64,000 nucleotides of DNA, from assembly GCA_964187785.1 (NCBI GenBank), contig OZ076412.1, forward strand, positions 30,938,001-31,002,000, written 5' to 3'. Numbering within the stretch: the first letter of the stretch is position 1; each line of letters begins with the position of its first letter. Below the pieces are notes generated by a model. The model was not told the DNA's origin. It saw only the letters and a list, made by a program, of their open reading frames with translations, and ran no database searches. The stretch is from Amphiscolops sp. MND2022. Its lineage: Eukaryota. The translations under genes and the position numbers were made by a program. Below are positions 1 to 13,341 of this stretch, in pieces.

Positions 1-439
1 TACGCAACTTTTCCAGATAGAATGATTTTGATCGGTCAATTGAAGACTTTCAAACTTCGTGGGTTAAGCAAAAAAATTCCATGACGACCCCAAGAACCCT
101 AAAAGTTCCAAAATTTTCCATTTTTAATCGGCGCGTCTTCCTTTCAAGAAAAAAGCCCGACTAGTACATACAGTGGCAAGTTTTTTTCGTCAGATAACTG
201 AATGAACACGAAATAGCAATAAAACAGTTTTAACTGAAAGGTCTCTAATGATATGAAAACCAGCTCACGCATATGTAAATAATAAACAAGCCGGGAACGG
301 CCCAAGTCGGCGCCATATCTAAGGCTGAAAAATAGCAAAAGGACTTAAATGTGTTAAGTATTCTCTTCTACAGTACCCGCGTGAGGAAAAAATTGATAAA
401 AAATTTCGTTTTTTGAATTTTTTTTGCGAAATTTTTTTG

Positions 440-830
440 GTCTCCAGTAAGTTGCATAGTGCCGAAAAATGTAAAAGGGAGTTTTTGAACATCCATTCTT
501 TTGCAAAATAGGAAAAAAATGAAGGGGGACCCTTTGGAGACATTTGAAAAATTTGCGAAAAAAAGTCTCACCAAGCCGAAAAAACCACAAAAAATTTTGG
601 TCATGGTCGGGACTCGAACCCACGTCCTTCTGCTAGGCAGACATCAAAAACTATCCTAATTAACCTCTATGCTAAGTGGCAGTAGAAGTTACAAGTGTGG
701 TAGTTAGTGGACGCAGCTTATAAAGCTTATGAAATCAGTAACTTCGTTGGTCTTTTGCTAAAGAAAAGTCATTGCTATAATCTGCGTTTTCTACGAAAAG
801 CGCCGACTAAAAAGGGTATAATGAAAAACG
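440..830. repeat. Dispersed AT-rich repeat family copy (approximate limits)
   Basis: Motifs (g/c)atagtgccgaaa, gggggacc(c)ttt(g/t) and aaaagcgccgactaaaa recur at ~8660-9135, and the last one in reverse at 34246-34300. Confidence 0.6.
598..682 (-). pseudogene. tRNA-like (SINE-head type) segment inside dispersed repeat
   Basis: Minus strand has an A-box-like TAGCATAGAGGTTAA (~660-674) and a B-box GGTTCGAGTCC (610-620), but the acceptor stem does not pair. Confidence 0.5.
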
Positions 831-3404
831 TGTTTCGCTTTTTTTATCTTTCACGTGACATCATTCAGAAAAGTTTGATCAGACCCATGTTTCGTTATAT
901 ACGTTCTGCCTCGAAATTTTGAAGGTTAAGTTAAGAAAAAAGTTTGATAACGAGTTTATACAAACCCTAATTTCCTCCTGTCAAGACAAATTAATTCGAG
1001 AATAATGTCAACAATTCGGTTATAGCGCGTCCTTCCTTGAAATAGTATCTCAATTACGTTTTATCTTGATTCAATTTGAAGTTACATACGCTTGATACGA
1101 GTTTGATGTGAACGCCCATGGGAAACTATATTATGACAAACTATATCAGAAAGTTCGTACAACAATGACAATATTTGGAGGGAGACCTTTCATGGTAAAA
1201 AGTTTTCAATAAAACACGAGTTTTCTCATTCATAAATTGTTTCGGAATTTGTTACTCAAATAACGCGTGACCTTTTTGGCTATGAAACGTCAAAGAACGG
1301 AAGCACCGAACCTTCAATGGTAAGAGAATGTAACAAGCTGTAAAAGAGAACCGTAAAAAGTTGTGCTCCGTTTATACTCAAGAACAATTTTAGAGAAAAC
1401 TCTCGTCGGTATCACAGTACCAGTGAGTAACCAAAGAGGTCACCTTAAGACTCGAAAAATGGATTTGCCCAACAGAAAATCTGAAAATTCAAATAACTTC
1501 AACTGCTGCAGTAACTTGCACAGTGCCGAAAACATTAAAGATCTCTCAGCTTGCAAACCGTTGGTGGTTTTTCCTTGCTAGCAATCGAAAGTCTTCGGTA
1601 GAAAAAATACAAATTGCCATAATGCCTAAATAACTTCGGAGCACCATCTGTTCTTTCAAACCAAAAATTGTATGATTTTTTTTTCAAAACAGTTCCGAAA
1701 AACCCTTAGCGGGGCCCTCTATACTCACAAAGCTCGTTTTCGTCGCATTTACAATCAGTAAATGCTTTTACATGAAATCTAAAGTTCATGGAAGCTAAAC
1801 TTTTGTTGAATTCAATTTCATAGAACGACAATGAGATCAATAAAACATTTTCATTCCCAAATTTTTTCACGTTACCAATTGGAATTTTATCACACGGCGG
1901 CATCGTGTTGACTCAGTTTTTTTCAGCTGGTATCATGAAACATTTCCTTTGGTGTCATGCCAATTTCATGTGAACTTCTTTCAGTCAATACTAATCATGG
2001 AGGAGTGACGACTACGGACCAGCAGTTCTTTTGAGTGACCTGTTTATGTGTTTCGCAATGTAGAGTGGTATAGGCATGCAGGCACAAAATGTGACAATAA
2101 TATTACCGATTGCCCCCCTAAAGGTTTGCAGAAACAATCATGTACATGCAGGCAATAGAATTAGCAAACGTTTCAACGAACAACCAACCACAAGGCAACA
2201 AATGTGAAGAAACTTCTCCCTCTGCGGTTTAGTTTCGTTTGAAATTAAGCTCCCTGGAAGCTGGAGGTAAATGTCTACACGCCAAGCGTTTACGTGATCA
2301 TGTCCGACACACCATATTAGCGCCATTTCGTGGTTTGCGTGTAGTTTGCAAAGATAAGGAAATAGGAACGTACGAATGGTAAAACAAGATAGTTAGGCCT
2401 CGATTTGAGAACACTTGAGCTATTTAGTTTATTGCTGAACGGAAGCGCTGTTGTTCTACATGAAGGAGTAAATTAGTTGGAGCATTAGTTAGAACTTCGT
2501 GGGAAAATGTTTATTCCTGTGCGTACAACTACACGGGTTATTCTCATAGTTTTTCTCGCTGCGCAACTCTTTTACTCAGGTTAGTTAAAACACCTAAAAC
2601 CACGGCGGCAAATTTGAGGCCGCGGTTTTATGCTCTGAAAATTCAAAATTATGCCACAGTATGTACGAATTTTGATCAACATCAATGAAATGAGAGTTCA
2701 TTCATCCCAATATACAATTTGGTATATTTTATCATTCACGTTCGCTCGGACATTTGAAAACTTTTTAATGATTACAAATGACATCGCTTAAAGAGTTATG
2801 AGTTAAGAATCAAGACTTTTAGTAAACTAGAATGGTGCTATGAATTCAACGTTTAAATGACGCTGCTTTATGCGTTTATACTATAAATCGAAAAGGCCAT
2901 AAAGAGCCATTCTAAAAAGATAGGGGGAAATGTAATCAATCAGTATCTAATTGTGCTGTCGCCGGTGATCACGCTTCTAAAAAGTCACTGATATAAAGGA
3001 ACCGTGTGCAAGGCAATATCCTTTTAGCTCCACGGAAAAATGACCAAAACTAAGTAAAACTTCAAAAACACCTCGGACAAACGTTTTAACAAACCATGGA
3101 AAATGTTTTAGACGAGAAATACTAACAGTTTCACTTTTTACGGTCTTTACTATCTTCAAATGACATGACTTTGATTGCAACACCCGATTTGATTTTAGGA
3201 GTTTATCTGAAGTGCCAGCGAGAACATTGTATTATTATAGCAAGTATGAATTATAGCAAAAACTGATCGTTAGTTCGAAGCTAATCTTTCACTTGATATA
3301 ATTAAATGCGAACTTTTCAGAAATTACAATGATTTTCTAGAACAGACCTATTTTATGAAAACACTTCTCGAGGATCTAGGGTTCGTGTATTTGAATTATT
3401 GATA

Positions 3405-4430
3405 CTCCATTTCAAACCCGTTTTTGCCCTTCCCAAAATCAAATTCGTCGTGTTGCCTTCCGTGAACCCAATTTTGACTTGCCAAATTCAAATTCGTCCA
3501 ACTTGAATACTACCCCATTTCAATCCAAATTTCGTTCTTCGTAAATTCAATTTCATCTTCAAGGCATAAGTTTTCGTCCACGTTGAGTCCGTTAAATCAA
3601 TTTCCTCAAGCCAAACTCAATTTTGTCCGTTATAACTTTACGGTGAATATTTCACAATTTCAGAGATAATTTTGGGTGAAATCAAATTACGCATTGCCGA
3701 ATATTAACTGAAGGCCGAAAAAAATTTATTGAGGGTCATGCAGATGGCAAAAATTACCTTGATACTGCTGAAACATTAAAAATCAAGCGACAAACTGCTC
3801 GTTAAAATATCAAAACGGCAAGATGTGAAGAGAAACCGAAGGGTTGAAAATCAGAAACAAGATGGACGACGAAATAAAAGAATTTGCAACAAAAGTTTTA
3901 GAGGACAATCTTTCCTTCAGTTTGAAGGACTTGAATGGGGAAAAATTCGTAATCAACTTCCAGAAAATCCCATTTTTACTGAGCAAATGTTGTCAAAAGC
4001 TCTACAAGGCATGCTTTTGCACTGTCAAGCTAATTCCCCTTTGTCGCGTAGACAGAAATTGCGAATTGCGACGATGTTGTCCTTACTAGAAAACTGTACA
4101 TGGAATTGTTGATGAGTGTGGAAATTGTCAGTACACAAAAAACTTTATTAAGGAATACGGGGAAAATTGTTCTACCCGTAGCTCGTGTAGACGCTCTCAA
4201 CGAGGAAGCCGGGTGTACGGCAAGTTGTACCAAGAGTTCCAAATGTCACTGTTTGTGTTGCAGTGTCGCCATCTCTCTGTTTGGTACACTACCAAATTTA
4301 CCGGGGTTCAAAACTCATATAAAAAACATGATAACAGAAGTTTCAACAGACAGAACAGTATTCAATGTATCCAACCAAACTTTGGTTCTTGATAAGGGCA
4401 CCTTGCGGCATAGGATAGGTTGTGATTGAA
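3405..4430 (+). mobile_element. Decayed IS630/Tc1/mariner-type DNA transposon, copy 1 (approximate limits)
   Basis: Frameshifted transposase remnants: MDDEIKEFATKVLEDN..., FTEQMLSKALQGML, RKLYMELLMSVEIV, LVLDKGTLRH (second-Asp-like region). Homologous to the reverse-oriented copy at 4560-5590. Confidence 0.7.
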
Positions 4431-4559
4431 GCATTGTAAAAATTTTTCTGCTGTGTCATTCTATTGTCGCACTCCTGCAAAACTGATTCTATAAAGACAT
4501 ATCAATTATCTTGAGCCGTACCCTCCGCTGGAAAAGCTTGCAACGCAATGTAGTCTGAC

Positions 4560-5590
4560 ACTTTGGAAGCAAGAAGACTCTGGAAGGCTTATTTCCGGCT
4601 AGAAATAGCTTTTTCAGCAGGGTTGAGATATGGACTCTAAGGAGGAAGCTGCTAGCTATCAAAAATTCATATCATGTCTTGATGATTTTCACTTTGATGA
4701 AATGTAGCCTTGTCCAAAAAATTGTCTCTACTTGCCTCTACTTGCTCTCTGCAATTTAGCAAAACATTGCTCTCACAGACCGTTAAATTTTTGGAATTTT
4801 TGTCATACCGCCCCGATTAATCTGTTGGTGCACCAAACCGAGAGTAGGGGCACAGCAACACCAACAGTGGAACTTCGAAATATTGGTACAACTTGCCGGT
4901 ACACCCGACTTTCTCGTTGGGAGCGTCCACAAAAGTGATGGATATAACAAAGTACCCTAAATTCATTTTTAAAAAGTTTGTCTGTTTTGACAATTCCCAC
5001 ACACATCAACCATTTCTTATACAGTTTTCTGATAAGGGCAACATCGTCACGATTTCTATCCACAGGACAACCGCGAATTAGCTTGAAGTGAAAAGCATGC
5101 CATGTAGAGCGTTTGACAAAGTTTTCTCAGTATCCCTTGGCTTTTCTGAAAAATGATTACGAATTTGTTCGTTCAAGTCCTTCAAGGTGATCAACGGGTT
5201 GCCTCCTGAAATTAATGTTGCATTTTTTTAATATCGTTGTCCACTTAGTTTCTGATTTTACCGCCTCTCGGTTTCGTTTCTTATCTTCCCGTTTTATATT
5301 ATTAAAAGGGCAGTTTGACGCTTGATTGTCACTGTTTCAGCAATATCAAGGTTTTTTTGCCGTCTACATGAACCTCAAAAGGTTTGCTTTGGTCTTCATT
5401 TGATGTCCGGCGATGCATAATTTGATTTCACTGAAAGTTATCACTGAAATCGTGTAATGTTTATCGTAAATTTATACCGGACGAAATTGAATTTGGCTTG
5501 ACGAAATTGATTTAACGGACGCAACGTGGACGAAAACATATGCATTGAAGACGAAATTGAATTCGAGAAGGACAAAAATTGGTTTGAAAT
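4560..5590 (-). mobile_element. Decayed IS630/Tc1/mariner-type DNA transposon, copy 2 (approximate limits)
   Basis: Minus-strand remnants DRNRDDV..RKLYKKWLMCVGIV, GRSQRESRVYRQV, IFLDKATFH and LPP*SPYLNPAE (~4610-4650), the last matching the Tc1-family LPPYSPDLNPIE catalytic-Glu motif. Confidence 0.78.
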
Positions 5591-7220
5591 GTTGTAAAAG
5601 GAACTGACTGAGAAATAACTACACATGGACAAAACATGTGTAGTAAAGTTTATGCATATCTTAGAAACCACGTCAATGAGGAAGTTTCGACTCAGCTGCT
5701 GTTTTGTAATATACAAAGAAAATTTGTAAAATTCAAATTTGTTTTTTTTTTTAATTTGATTTTTTTTTGAATTTTCGAGCCTTTTACACCCATTTGATTT
5801 CAAAACACGAGGCAAAGTGGCACTGCAATATTTTTCGCATACTTTAGTACAGATAGTTTCGAAAAGAGTCGAACAGTGTGAAAATCACCCAAAGGTCTGA
5901 TTTATTATACTTGAGAATCTGCAAAATCAAAAATACCGAGCTTTCAGTGAAAAGAACGCTATTTTGTAAAAGTCGCCCAGAATCGAAAATTTTTTTCAGC
6001 ATTCAATAAGAAAACTCTCATCAGTTTTCCAGAGGTCACCTTTTACCAAAGAGGTTACCCTTAAGATTGGGAATTCAGTTTTCCTTGGAAGAGAAAACGT
6101 CAAAAAACCAAAAATTGTACAAAAAAATTTACGGAAAAATCTTTTCGAAAAATTGTTGCGCAAAAGAATGTTCAGAAAATTGCTCAGTGTTGAAAACCCC
6201 AGCGCGGGGTCCTAGGCTCGCGACACGCTTTACGCTTTTGTTAAAAACCAAACCACATACTCCTGCCTCTGAGACCTGCAAATCCGCGCTGAACTCCAGG
6301 TTGCCCAAGTGGTATATGAACTGAAGTGAAGATATGGAAGTTATGCAAAATATGATGTCAAAGAATGTAAAAAGTTTCGCGACCAAATTACTTCTTGAGA
6401 AAAGAAAAATAATTTTGGTACGAAAATTCTCCTGCACATTTTGAATCTTGTATTGTTTCTCGTAAATGGAGTAAATTGTAATAGTACGATTTTCATGCAA
6501 TTTTTTGAGATTCACAACCGTAATTTAGTTTATGGAACATCGGAAATAACGGTTTACAGAACCTAACTTTTCTGAGGTTTCGAACTGATTTCGAAATTGA
6601 AGCATATCAGGAACGTCGGTAACATCAAGGTTTCGGTTGAACATGAAATTTCTAAAAACGTCTTTTAATGAGCCGAATTTGAAACACACTTGTTCTGAAA
6701 TAATTTAAGCTACAAATGGCCAATTTTAAGCAATCATGTTAGTCAACTAGGTTGCTACTCCTATTGCCACTGTAGAATGTGTGTAACGCAACTCTCTGAC
6801 TTCAAAAACTAAAATTTTCAAGTTTAAAAACCAAAAAATTGGAGATTTCGAGCATGATAGGTAAAATTACAGAAAAACAATTACAGTTTGTCAGAAAGAC
6901 AGTTACAGTTTTGGATGACTACTCAAAAACGTTAAACGTTTTTAAAGGTACCCTGTGGTTTCTTTTACTTTCTTAACTAGCTTGTACGATAAATGCATTA
7001 TGTTCACACAGGCCCTGAAAAGTTACTTTCAACGCCATATAAGAACTGAGAAAAGGAAGTTTTTTGCTGGTTCGTAGTAGCGGATACAGGAAAAAATGAA
7101 TTTCAAAAGAAGAAAACTTTTCGTCACAACAAACAACAGTCATTGTGTTGAAAAGCATCAAAAGGTACTATTTCGCAGTTTAATCATTGTGTTTGCTGTG
7201 ATACACTTTTAATGGTCAAG

Positions 7221-8521
7221 TGTCGCATGCTGCCGCCTGTGATGGCAACCAGTTGACCTACCCCTAACTGTTCCATTAGTATAAACTAATATGTATGAAA
7301 ATGTTTTACATTTACATTCAAAATTTGTAACCACAATTTGTATGATTTCGTTTATTAATATGTGACATCAAAGCTATACTGACAACCAGAAAGTGAACGA
7401 ATTCAAATGTCTGCCTGTTTAGTATAGCTGGCATAGTTGTTGGCGGCGTATTAGCCCATCACGGCGTAATATTTATTCTCCACTTTTTTCGCTGTTGCTG
7501 TACTATATTCATAATTAGCCGGAATGGTCCAAAAACACATTTAGCTAGTTTTAATATGGTTGTTGATGAAAGCATAGTGAAGTATGTATTCAAGTAAAAG
7601 CCCTACGTGGAAGGATGTACCGACCAGTGATGTAGTCGATTATGACCAATTTTACCTCTATATACCAACCCCTCATCGCTAATTCTTGAAAAGGCCTAAC
7701 GGGGCTGTTGGCTGTACAAGTCAACTAGAAATCTGTAACAACATGTGAAGTTGCTGTTACATGTAATTTTCTTCATTTGATGAACTAGTCTAATCATCAC
7801 GCCCCTCCCTTGTTCATTATTAGGCGATTTGATCTTGCCGCTCTCATAAACAAATCATGACGTAATCATTCTTTTTACAGACATGATGACGCTATATTTA
7901 GCATTGAAGTTTTTTTAGAACATGGCCAATTTTTCCCTGAGTGTCATGCCCTACTGGGTATCTAAACCCGTTATGGCCACTCAGGAGAGAGATCCCTTAT
8001 GCGATTTGATGCTGTTAACGTTGCTTCGGTTAAAGTTGTTGAAACTTCAAAAGTTGTAAATACAAATTGCAAGAACAATTTAAATATTCTTCTGAAAATC
8101 TCACTAATGCCTTCCACTAGAAAACAGGAAGCCAAGGCTGAAAAATTTAGAGAGATGAATATTTTATCCGATTATGATAACAATGATATAATGCTAGGGG
8201 ATTGAAATTCAATTTACAAATACAGAGAACTTGATAATGTCATAAACGCAGATCAATAAGGCCATAAGTTCAGCTATAAACGACAGAGTATTACCCGAAA
8301 TACAAAACAAAATGGCAAATTTGCCTTTGGACCAAAACGGCACAGGGACGGGCGCGTTTTTGAGTGAGCTAGGTGTCGGTAATGTTTCCAAGAGCCAAAC
8401 AAAAGATTTACAAAGGACTCAAAAATTTCCAAAAAGGTCTCAGAAAGCCGAAAAATGGTGCAGTGAAAATCCCATAGGGCCGACAAAATTGGAGAAGGGG
8501 GACGCTTCTTCTTCAGAATGA
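7221..8521 (+). mobile_element. Truncated LTR fragment with gag start, related to the Gypsy element at 45683-55461
   Basis: Starts TGTCGCATGCTGCCGCCTGTGAT (cf. TGTCGCAGGCTGCCACCTGTGAT at 55461, minus). ATG at 8107 encodes MPSTRKQEAKAEKFREMNILSDYDNNDIMLG, homologous to MPSTRKQRAKGRS*RQVDLMSGVENLDVMLG. In-frame stops follow. Confidence 0.75.
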
Positions 8522-9409
8522 TTTTTAGAGGCTTTGGATGCGTTCCAAATGAAGTACTAACTACCATTGGTAAAAGTGCATAATGCACAAAAAGTGGTAC
8601 ATACAAGGTGAGGTCTGTGGTCTGATGAAAAAAAAAGAGAGAACAAGACGGGAACGTCTAAATTAGAGGGGGGACCTTTTGAAGACAAAAAATTTTCAAT
8701 TTTTTTATATTTCAAAAAAAAAACGAAAAATGAGAACTTTGAACAGTCTCATAGTGCCGAAATACATAAAAGGGGAGACCTTTGGGCTTTTTGGCACTTT
8801 AGTTTCTGCAAAATATCAAAAAACTTGAAGGTGGGACCCTTTGAAGGCAAAAAAATCGAAAAAGTCGCACAGTGCCGAAAAAAAGTGAAAGAGTCGCACA
8901 GTGCCGAAAAAATGCTCGAATAAGATTCTGGCTAAAACAAGGACTCAAACCCGTGACCGCTGAGTTCAACGTAATCCGAGTAAAGACTGTACTGACGAGT
9001 ACACGTGAACGAGTGAAGTCAGTAAAAAGTGGTACTTACACGATGAGGTCTGTGGTCTGACAAAAAAAACGAAAAAAAACTAGCCAATGTAATAGTCGAG
9101 CTTCTTTCACTAGAAAAGCGCCGACTAAAAAATGCAATAGTCAGGCACGCAGTTTTTTTCACCAAACGCCCGCTAATCCGCGGGATATTTTCTGCTACTA
9201 GAATAGTCGAGTATCAAAGTCAAAACATAGGCGCGACGGCATGTCGCGCTTGGGCACGAGCAGAAACGTTCAATGGTCTGCAGAAGGTGTTACAAAATCT
9301 TTGTGTTCCATGGCCCAAAACTTTGTGAACTTATGCAGTCTCAGATGAGGATATTTTGATAAAAGAACTGAAAAAGATGACGGAAAATTTTTTTTGAGAA
9401 AAACGAAAA

Positions 9410-10110
9410 AATGTATTTTTGACAGAAACCCGAAGGCGTCATACTTCATGACGGAAACTTTGATAGTACAAAAAGTAGCCTACATACTTGTCTCACTTTG
9501 TAAGAGAGAATGGTTTTCGTATCTATTTTCAGTTCTGAGAAAAATCAGTCACAAATTGGAAAAAATGGAAAAATTTCGGAAAAATTTTTTCATTTCTTTA
9601 CTTGCTAAAAAAATCCAGAGCGAAAAATATTTCGACATCATTTTTAGTCTAAAACGTAGCCTAAATAAGCGTCGTAAAATTAATGAAACCATGAACGCCA
9701 TATTTGGTCTCGGTCATGAGATATACGAGCTCAAATAAAAAAGAACCCAGAAATTTTTTTGAAAAAAATTGAAGTTTTTTTGGCAGAAAAACGAAGGCGT
9801 CATACTTGATGACGGTAACTTTGTTGGTCCAAAAAGTAGCCTATATCAATGCTGTTCTTCTCGAAAGAGAACGTTTTCTGTATCTTTTATCAGTTTTGAG
9901 AAATATGAGCTACGATTGAGAAAAAATTTTTCGAAAACTTTTTCGTACTCTTTTTTGCCCAAAAACACCAAGTTTGAAAAAATTTTTTGACGTCATTTTT
10001 AGGCCAAAATATAGCCTATAAAACGCTTGTACAATTTACGAAACCAAGGACCCTGTATTTGGTCTCAGTTCTGAGATATAGGGGATCAAAGATGAAAAAT
10101 AGTCAAAAAT
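9410..10110. repeat. Two diverged tandem units of ~355-361 bp
   Basis: cgaaggcgtcatactt at 9431 and 9792; tttggtctc at 9703 and 10058; aaaaagtagcct in both units. Confidence 0.7.
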
Positions 10111-10689
10111 AGCGTTTTTTCAAAAATTCTTTTGAAAAAAACCCATGAGGCCGAATTTTTCGGAAACTTTTTTCGGCGAAAATGTAGCCTGGGATCCTGC
10201 GCAATTTTTAGCGAAAACATGGTGTCCGTATCTGTTCTGGGTTTTGAGAAATTTGCCTCACAAGTTTGAAAAATTGGCACATGTCCCGAAATCTGCGAAA
10301 AAAAACGTCACCATATGGGCATCTCGCAAAGCTCGTGCCCCAAAAACCCCAAGTGAGGTGAAACTGGGAGAAAATTTGGCAGAATTTGAAAAAAACGCAA
10401 CACAGATCATGATTTTCCTCCCCCATTTCCATGGGCGGAAAATTTTTAATTACCAGTCGTTTTGAAGTCCAGAACATGGTGATTGAAAGTCACCCGAATG
10501 AAAGTGACCCTTTCGAGTGTGGGGCGGAAGAAAGAAGTTGTCAACCAAATTCAGAAGAAATCAGAGTCATTGACACCAACAGTAACTATAGCCAGTGAAC
10601 TTACGGTAATCTCGGACGAATATGCAGTCCAGTTTTCTATGCCGAGGAAAGATTAATTGATTAGATCAGCTTGCCGCAAGCGGCAAAGA

Positions 10690-11000
10690 GAAAATAGAAT
10701 TGACATCCCCATTTTTCGTCATTTTGACATTCCCGACGATTTCAAAACATTTCTTCCGAAAGACAGCGGAAAAGACGACAACGAAATAAGTTTGATATTC
10801 AGCGCCAGAACAATACCTTTTTGGCACGTATGACATGTTGTTGAATGCAGTAAGAAATTGCGTCATCCTTCTGTCCATTTCGTACATCGCAAATTGTAGT
10901 GTAACGGAAGTATTGAATGCGTGTAATGGTATGCAACTTCACAGTTTGTGTGCTTTTGTTTTGCCTCGCCTTGATTACATGCTTGAGAGTGCAAGGTTGA
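10690..11000 (+). pseudogene. Possible highly decayed R2/NeSL-like non-LTR retrotransposon RT fragment
   Basis: Broken frames give IFRHFDIPDDF and AFVLPRLDYML, reminiscent of motifs in and after the RT of site-specific LINEs. Motif recall only. Confidence 0.3.
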
Positions 11001-11985
11001 GATGACAGCGGTTGAAATTACATGTTGAAGTTGCATAGGACGAAATGACATGTAGCCGTTTCAAGATTAACTTTATTTTTCAAAAATGGTATATTGGTAC
11101 TCCAGAAAATTTTGAAATGCTAAAGATGATTGTTTTTGATTTGCCAGAAGACGACCCAATACAGTTTTTTGAAAAAATAACACACACAGTTGCTGATTGG
11201 CGAGCGGGAGTAAAATCTAAATGCACAACGGGAATAACGTCTGAAGCCAAGTAATGTTCATTCCCTATCGTAAAACATCGAATTTTAGACGTTATTTTTT
11301 AAAAACGTTATTGAATAATCATTCGCCTGGATTTTTTCAACGACAAGTGCTTAGGGATTGAGCTTAGCAAATACATATTTCAACTAGCACCAAAAATTCA
11401 TAGGGTTTGATATTTTTGGCTCTTCTTGGTTTGTGTTTGGAATTTTCACAGAAACACGTCGAAAATCCGCAAAAGGACTTGTTGAGTAGATTAGTGTTTT
11501 GTCGCTGAGCACTGGAGTTTGATATTCACGAGTACATTGAACAATTGTGCGAAAAGTTTTATAAGCGAACGATTTCATTGAACGATGAAAATTGCATTTT
11601 TGTTTTTAGCTGGGACATTTTAGGCATTTTTAAATTGAACTATTTCCGAAATCTCAAAAAAATTATATATCAAAAATTCAGTCAAGTAATTATTTGCTCT
11701 GTAGATCTTCATACGTACGAAAACTTCAGTAAATGCGTAAAAGTTGTATAATACGTTGAAAAATTGCACGCTTTTGGTATTCTTCGAAGCACTTTTTCAA
11801 AATAAAATTTCAAACGTCTAAACATACATATACAACGGGGGAGAATATACAAGGGGGGTTGTAAAATGACTCTTGGTGTCGTCGTCGTTTTCAGCTCTAA
11901 ATATGCAAAATATGCAAACATGCAAAGATAATTCTTGAAAAAGTTCGTCACAAGTTATAAAGTTGTTCTTGATGTTTGTTTTCAG

Positions 11986-12237
11986 GTGTAGACAGTGCAA
12001 CCGCAGGCGGCCATCCTAAAAATGCTCAGAAGGTAGCCTCGGCAACCAAGCAGACTCAACAGGGCAAGCCGGCTGTGCCCAACCCTGCTGGTGCAAAGAG
12101 TGGGGTCCCTGCTCCGCACAAGGTGAGGAAACAACCGGCAGCAGCAGCGGGTGGAGCAGGAACTCCCACACCCCAGGGAGAGACAGCGACCAAAGATGTC
12201 ACTAGAGAGAATGAGCGTGTCACACCTCCAATAAAAA
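11986..12237 (+). CDS. Host gene exon a (basic, Ala/Pro/Gly-rich low complexity); upstream exons not identified
   Basis: ttttcag acceptor, gtaaga donor, 252 nt, phase 1-1, open frame VDSATAGGHPKNAQK...ERVTPPIK. Confidence 0.8.
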
Positions 12238-13110
12238 GTAAGATAATAGTCCCAATTGTCCAAATTTAACACAATGCTACATCCTCTCTTTTGGATTTGT
12301 TTTTACATTAGTATTTGTAACGATAATTAGTAATGATAATTATAATGACTAGAATTTATTAGAAGCCCAATTTCTGCAGAAATATTATAAACTGACTATT
12401 TTTGGGAAATGTTCATCTTGATTGTATTAAAAATTCATGACACATTAGATGACACCCTTGGTACAAAGTACACATTTTGGTATCAAATCTTTATTGAATT
12501 TTGCACATGTAGGAAGTGTATTCGACAAATTAAGTGAGTTCTGACATCTCAAATCACGCCAAGATACCATTCCTTCTCCAACATAAATTGGTTGCTTCAT
12601 CTCATCACAACCCTACTCTTCACAACTTCACCTTTTTTGTCACTTTACCGGTGTTCGGTCGATTTTCCATTCACACTTTTCAAGTTGTCATGACTGCATA
12701 ATTTGTGGATGAATCTTGCAGAATTCCAACAAGATGACTTCTCTTGATGAAGTCAGGCATCTTCAAGAATTTTGCAGAATTTCAAAGAAAGACATTTTCT
12801 TCCAAAGTTCTATAATTCAGACATTTCTTGAAAGACCAAATATTTTTGCTTGATTCTTTGGTGGATCTTTTGGTGGATTCTTTCAGAAAATTACATTAAC
12901 ATCCAAAAATTTAAAAGATAATCTGTGAGATTCTGACAAAAAATCTCTGAAGGCTAAGTTATTAACATCAACAATTTCGTTTCAAGCTAAGTTTTGTAAC
13001 TTTTATCAAAAAAAATCAAATGCCCAGTATGGAATCATTGCGTGCTGGAATATGAAATTAAAACACTGCTTAAAGATCTTGTACAGGCGAAGAGAGATTT
13101 AGCTTTTCAG

Positions 13111-13341
13111 CAGTCAAAAAACAAGCTTCTCCAACTGCACAGCGCTCTGCGTCATCTGAAAAAGCGCCGCTTGGTGACTCCAGCAAAGTCACCAGTCGAA
13201 ATACGGAAGATAAGTTTGACAAAAAAAAGCAATCTGGCTCCAAGGATGCTGACAAATCGGATGAAGATGTTTTCGAAGAGCAAGATATAGACGATGACGA
13301 TGACGACGATGATAATGATGACGATGACGGTTTCACTCAAG
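13111..13341 (+). CDS. Host gene exon b (Lys/Ser-rich then Asp-rich)
   Basis: ttttcag acceptor, gtatag donor, 231 nt, phase 1-1; A|CA joins exon a in frame: TVKKQASP...EEQDIDDDDDDDDNDDDDGFTQ. Confidence 0.75.

Noticed and set aside
598-682. Functional tRNA gene
   Set aside because: The acceptor stem does not pair, and it lies within a dispersed repeat.
10457-10581. Candidate upstream exon of the host gene (RFEVQNMVIESHP...IRVIDTN), phase-compatible with exon a
   Set aside because: Weak donor (gtaact), ambiguous frame, and adjacent to decayed retroelement-like sequence. Not supportable without RNA data.
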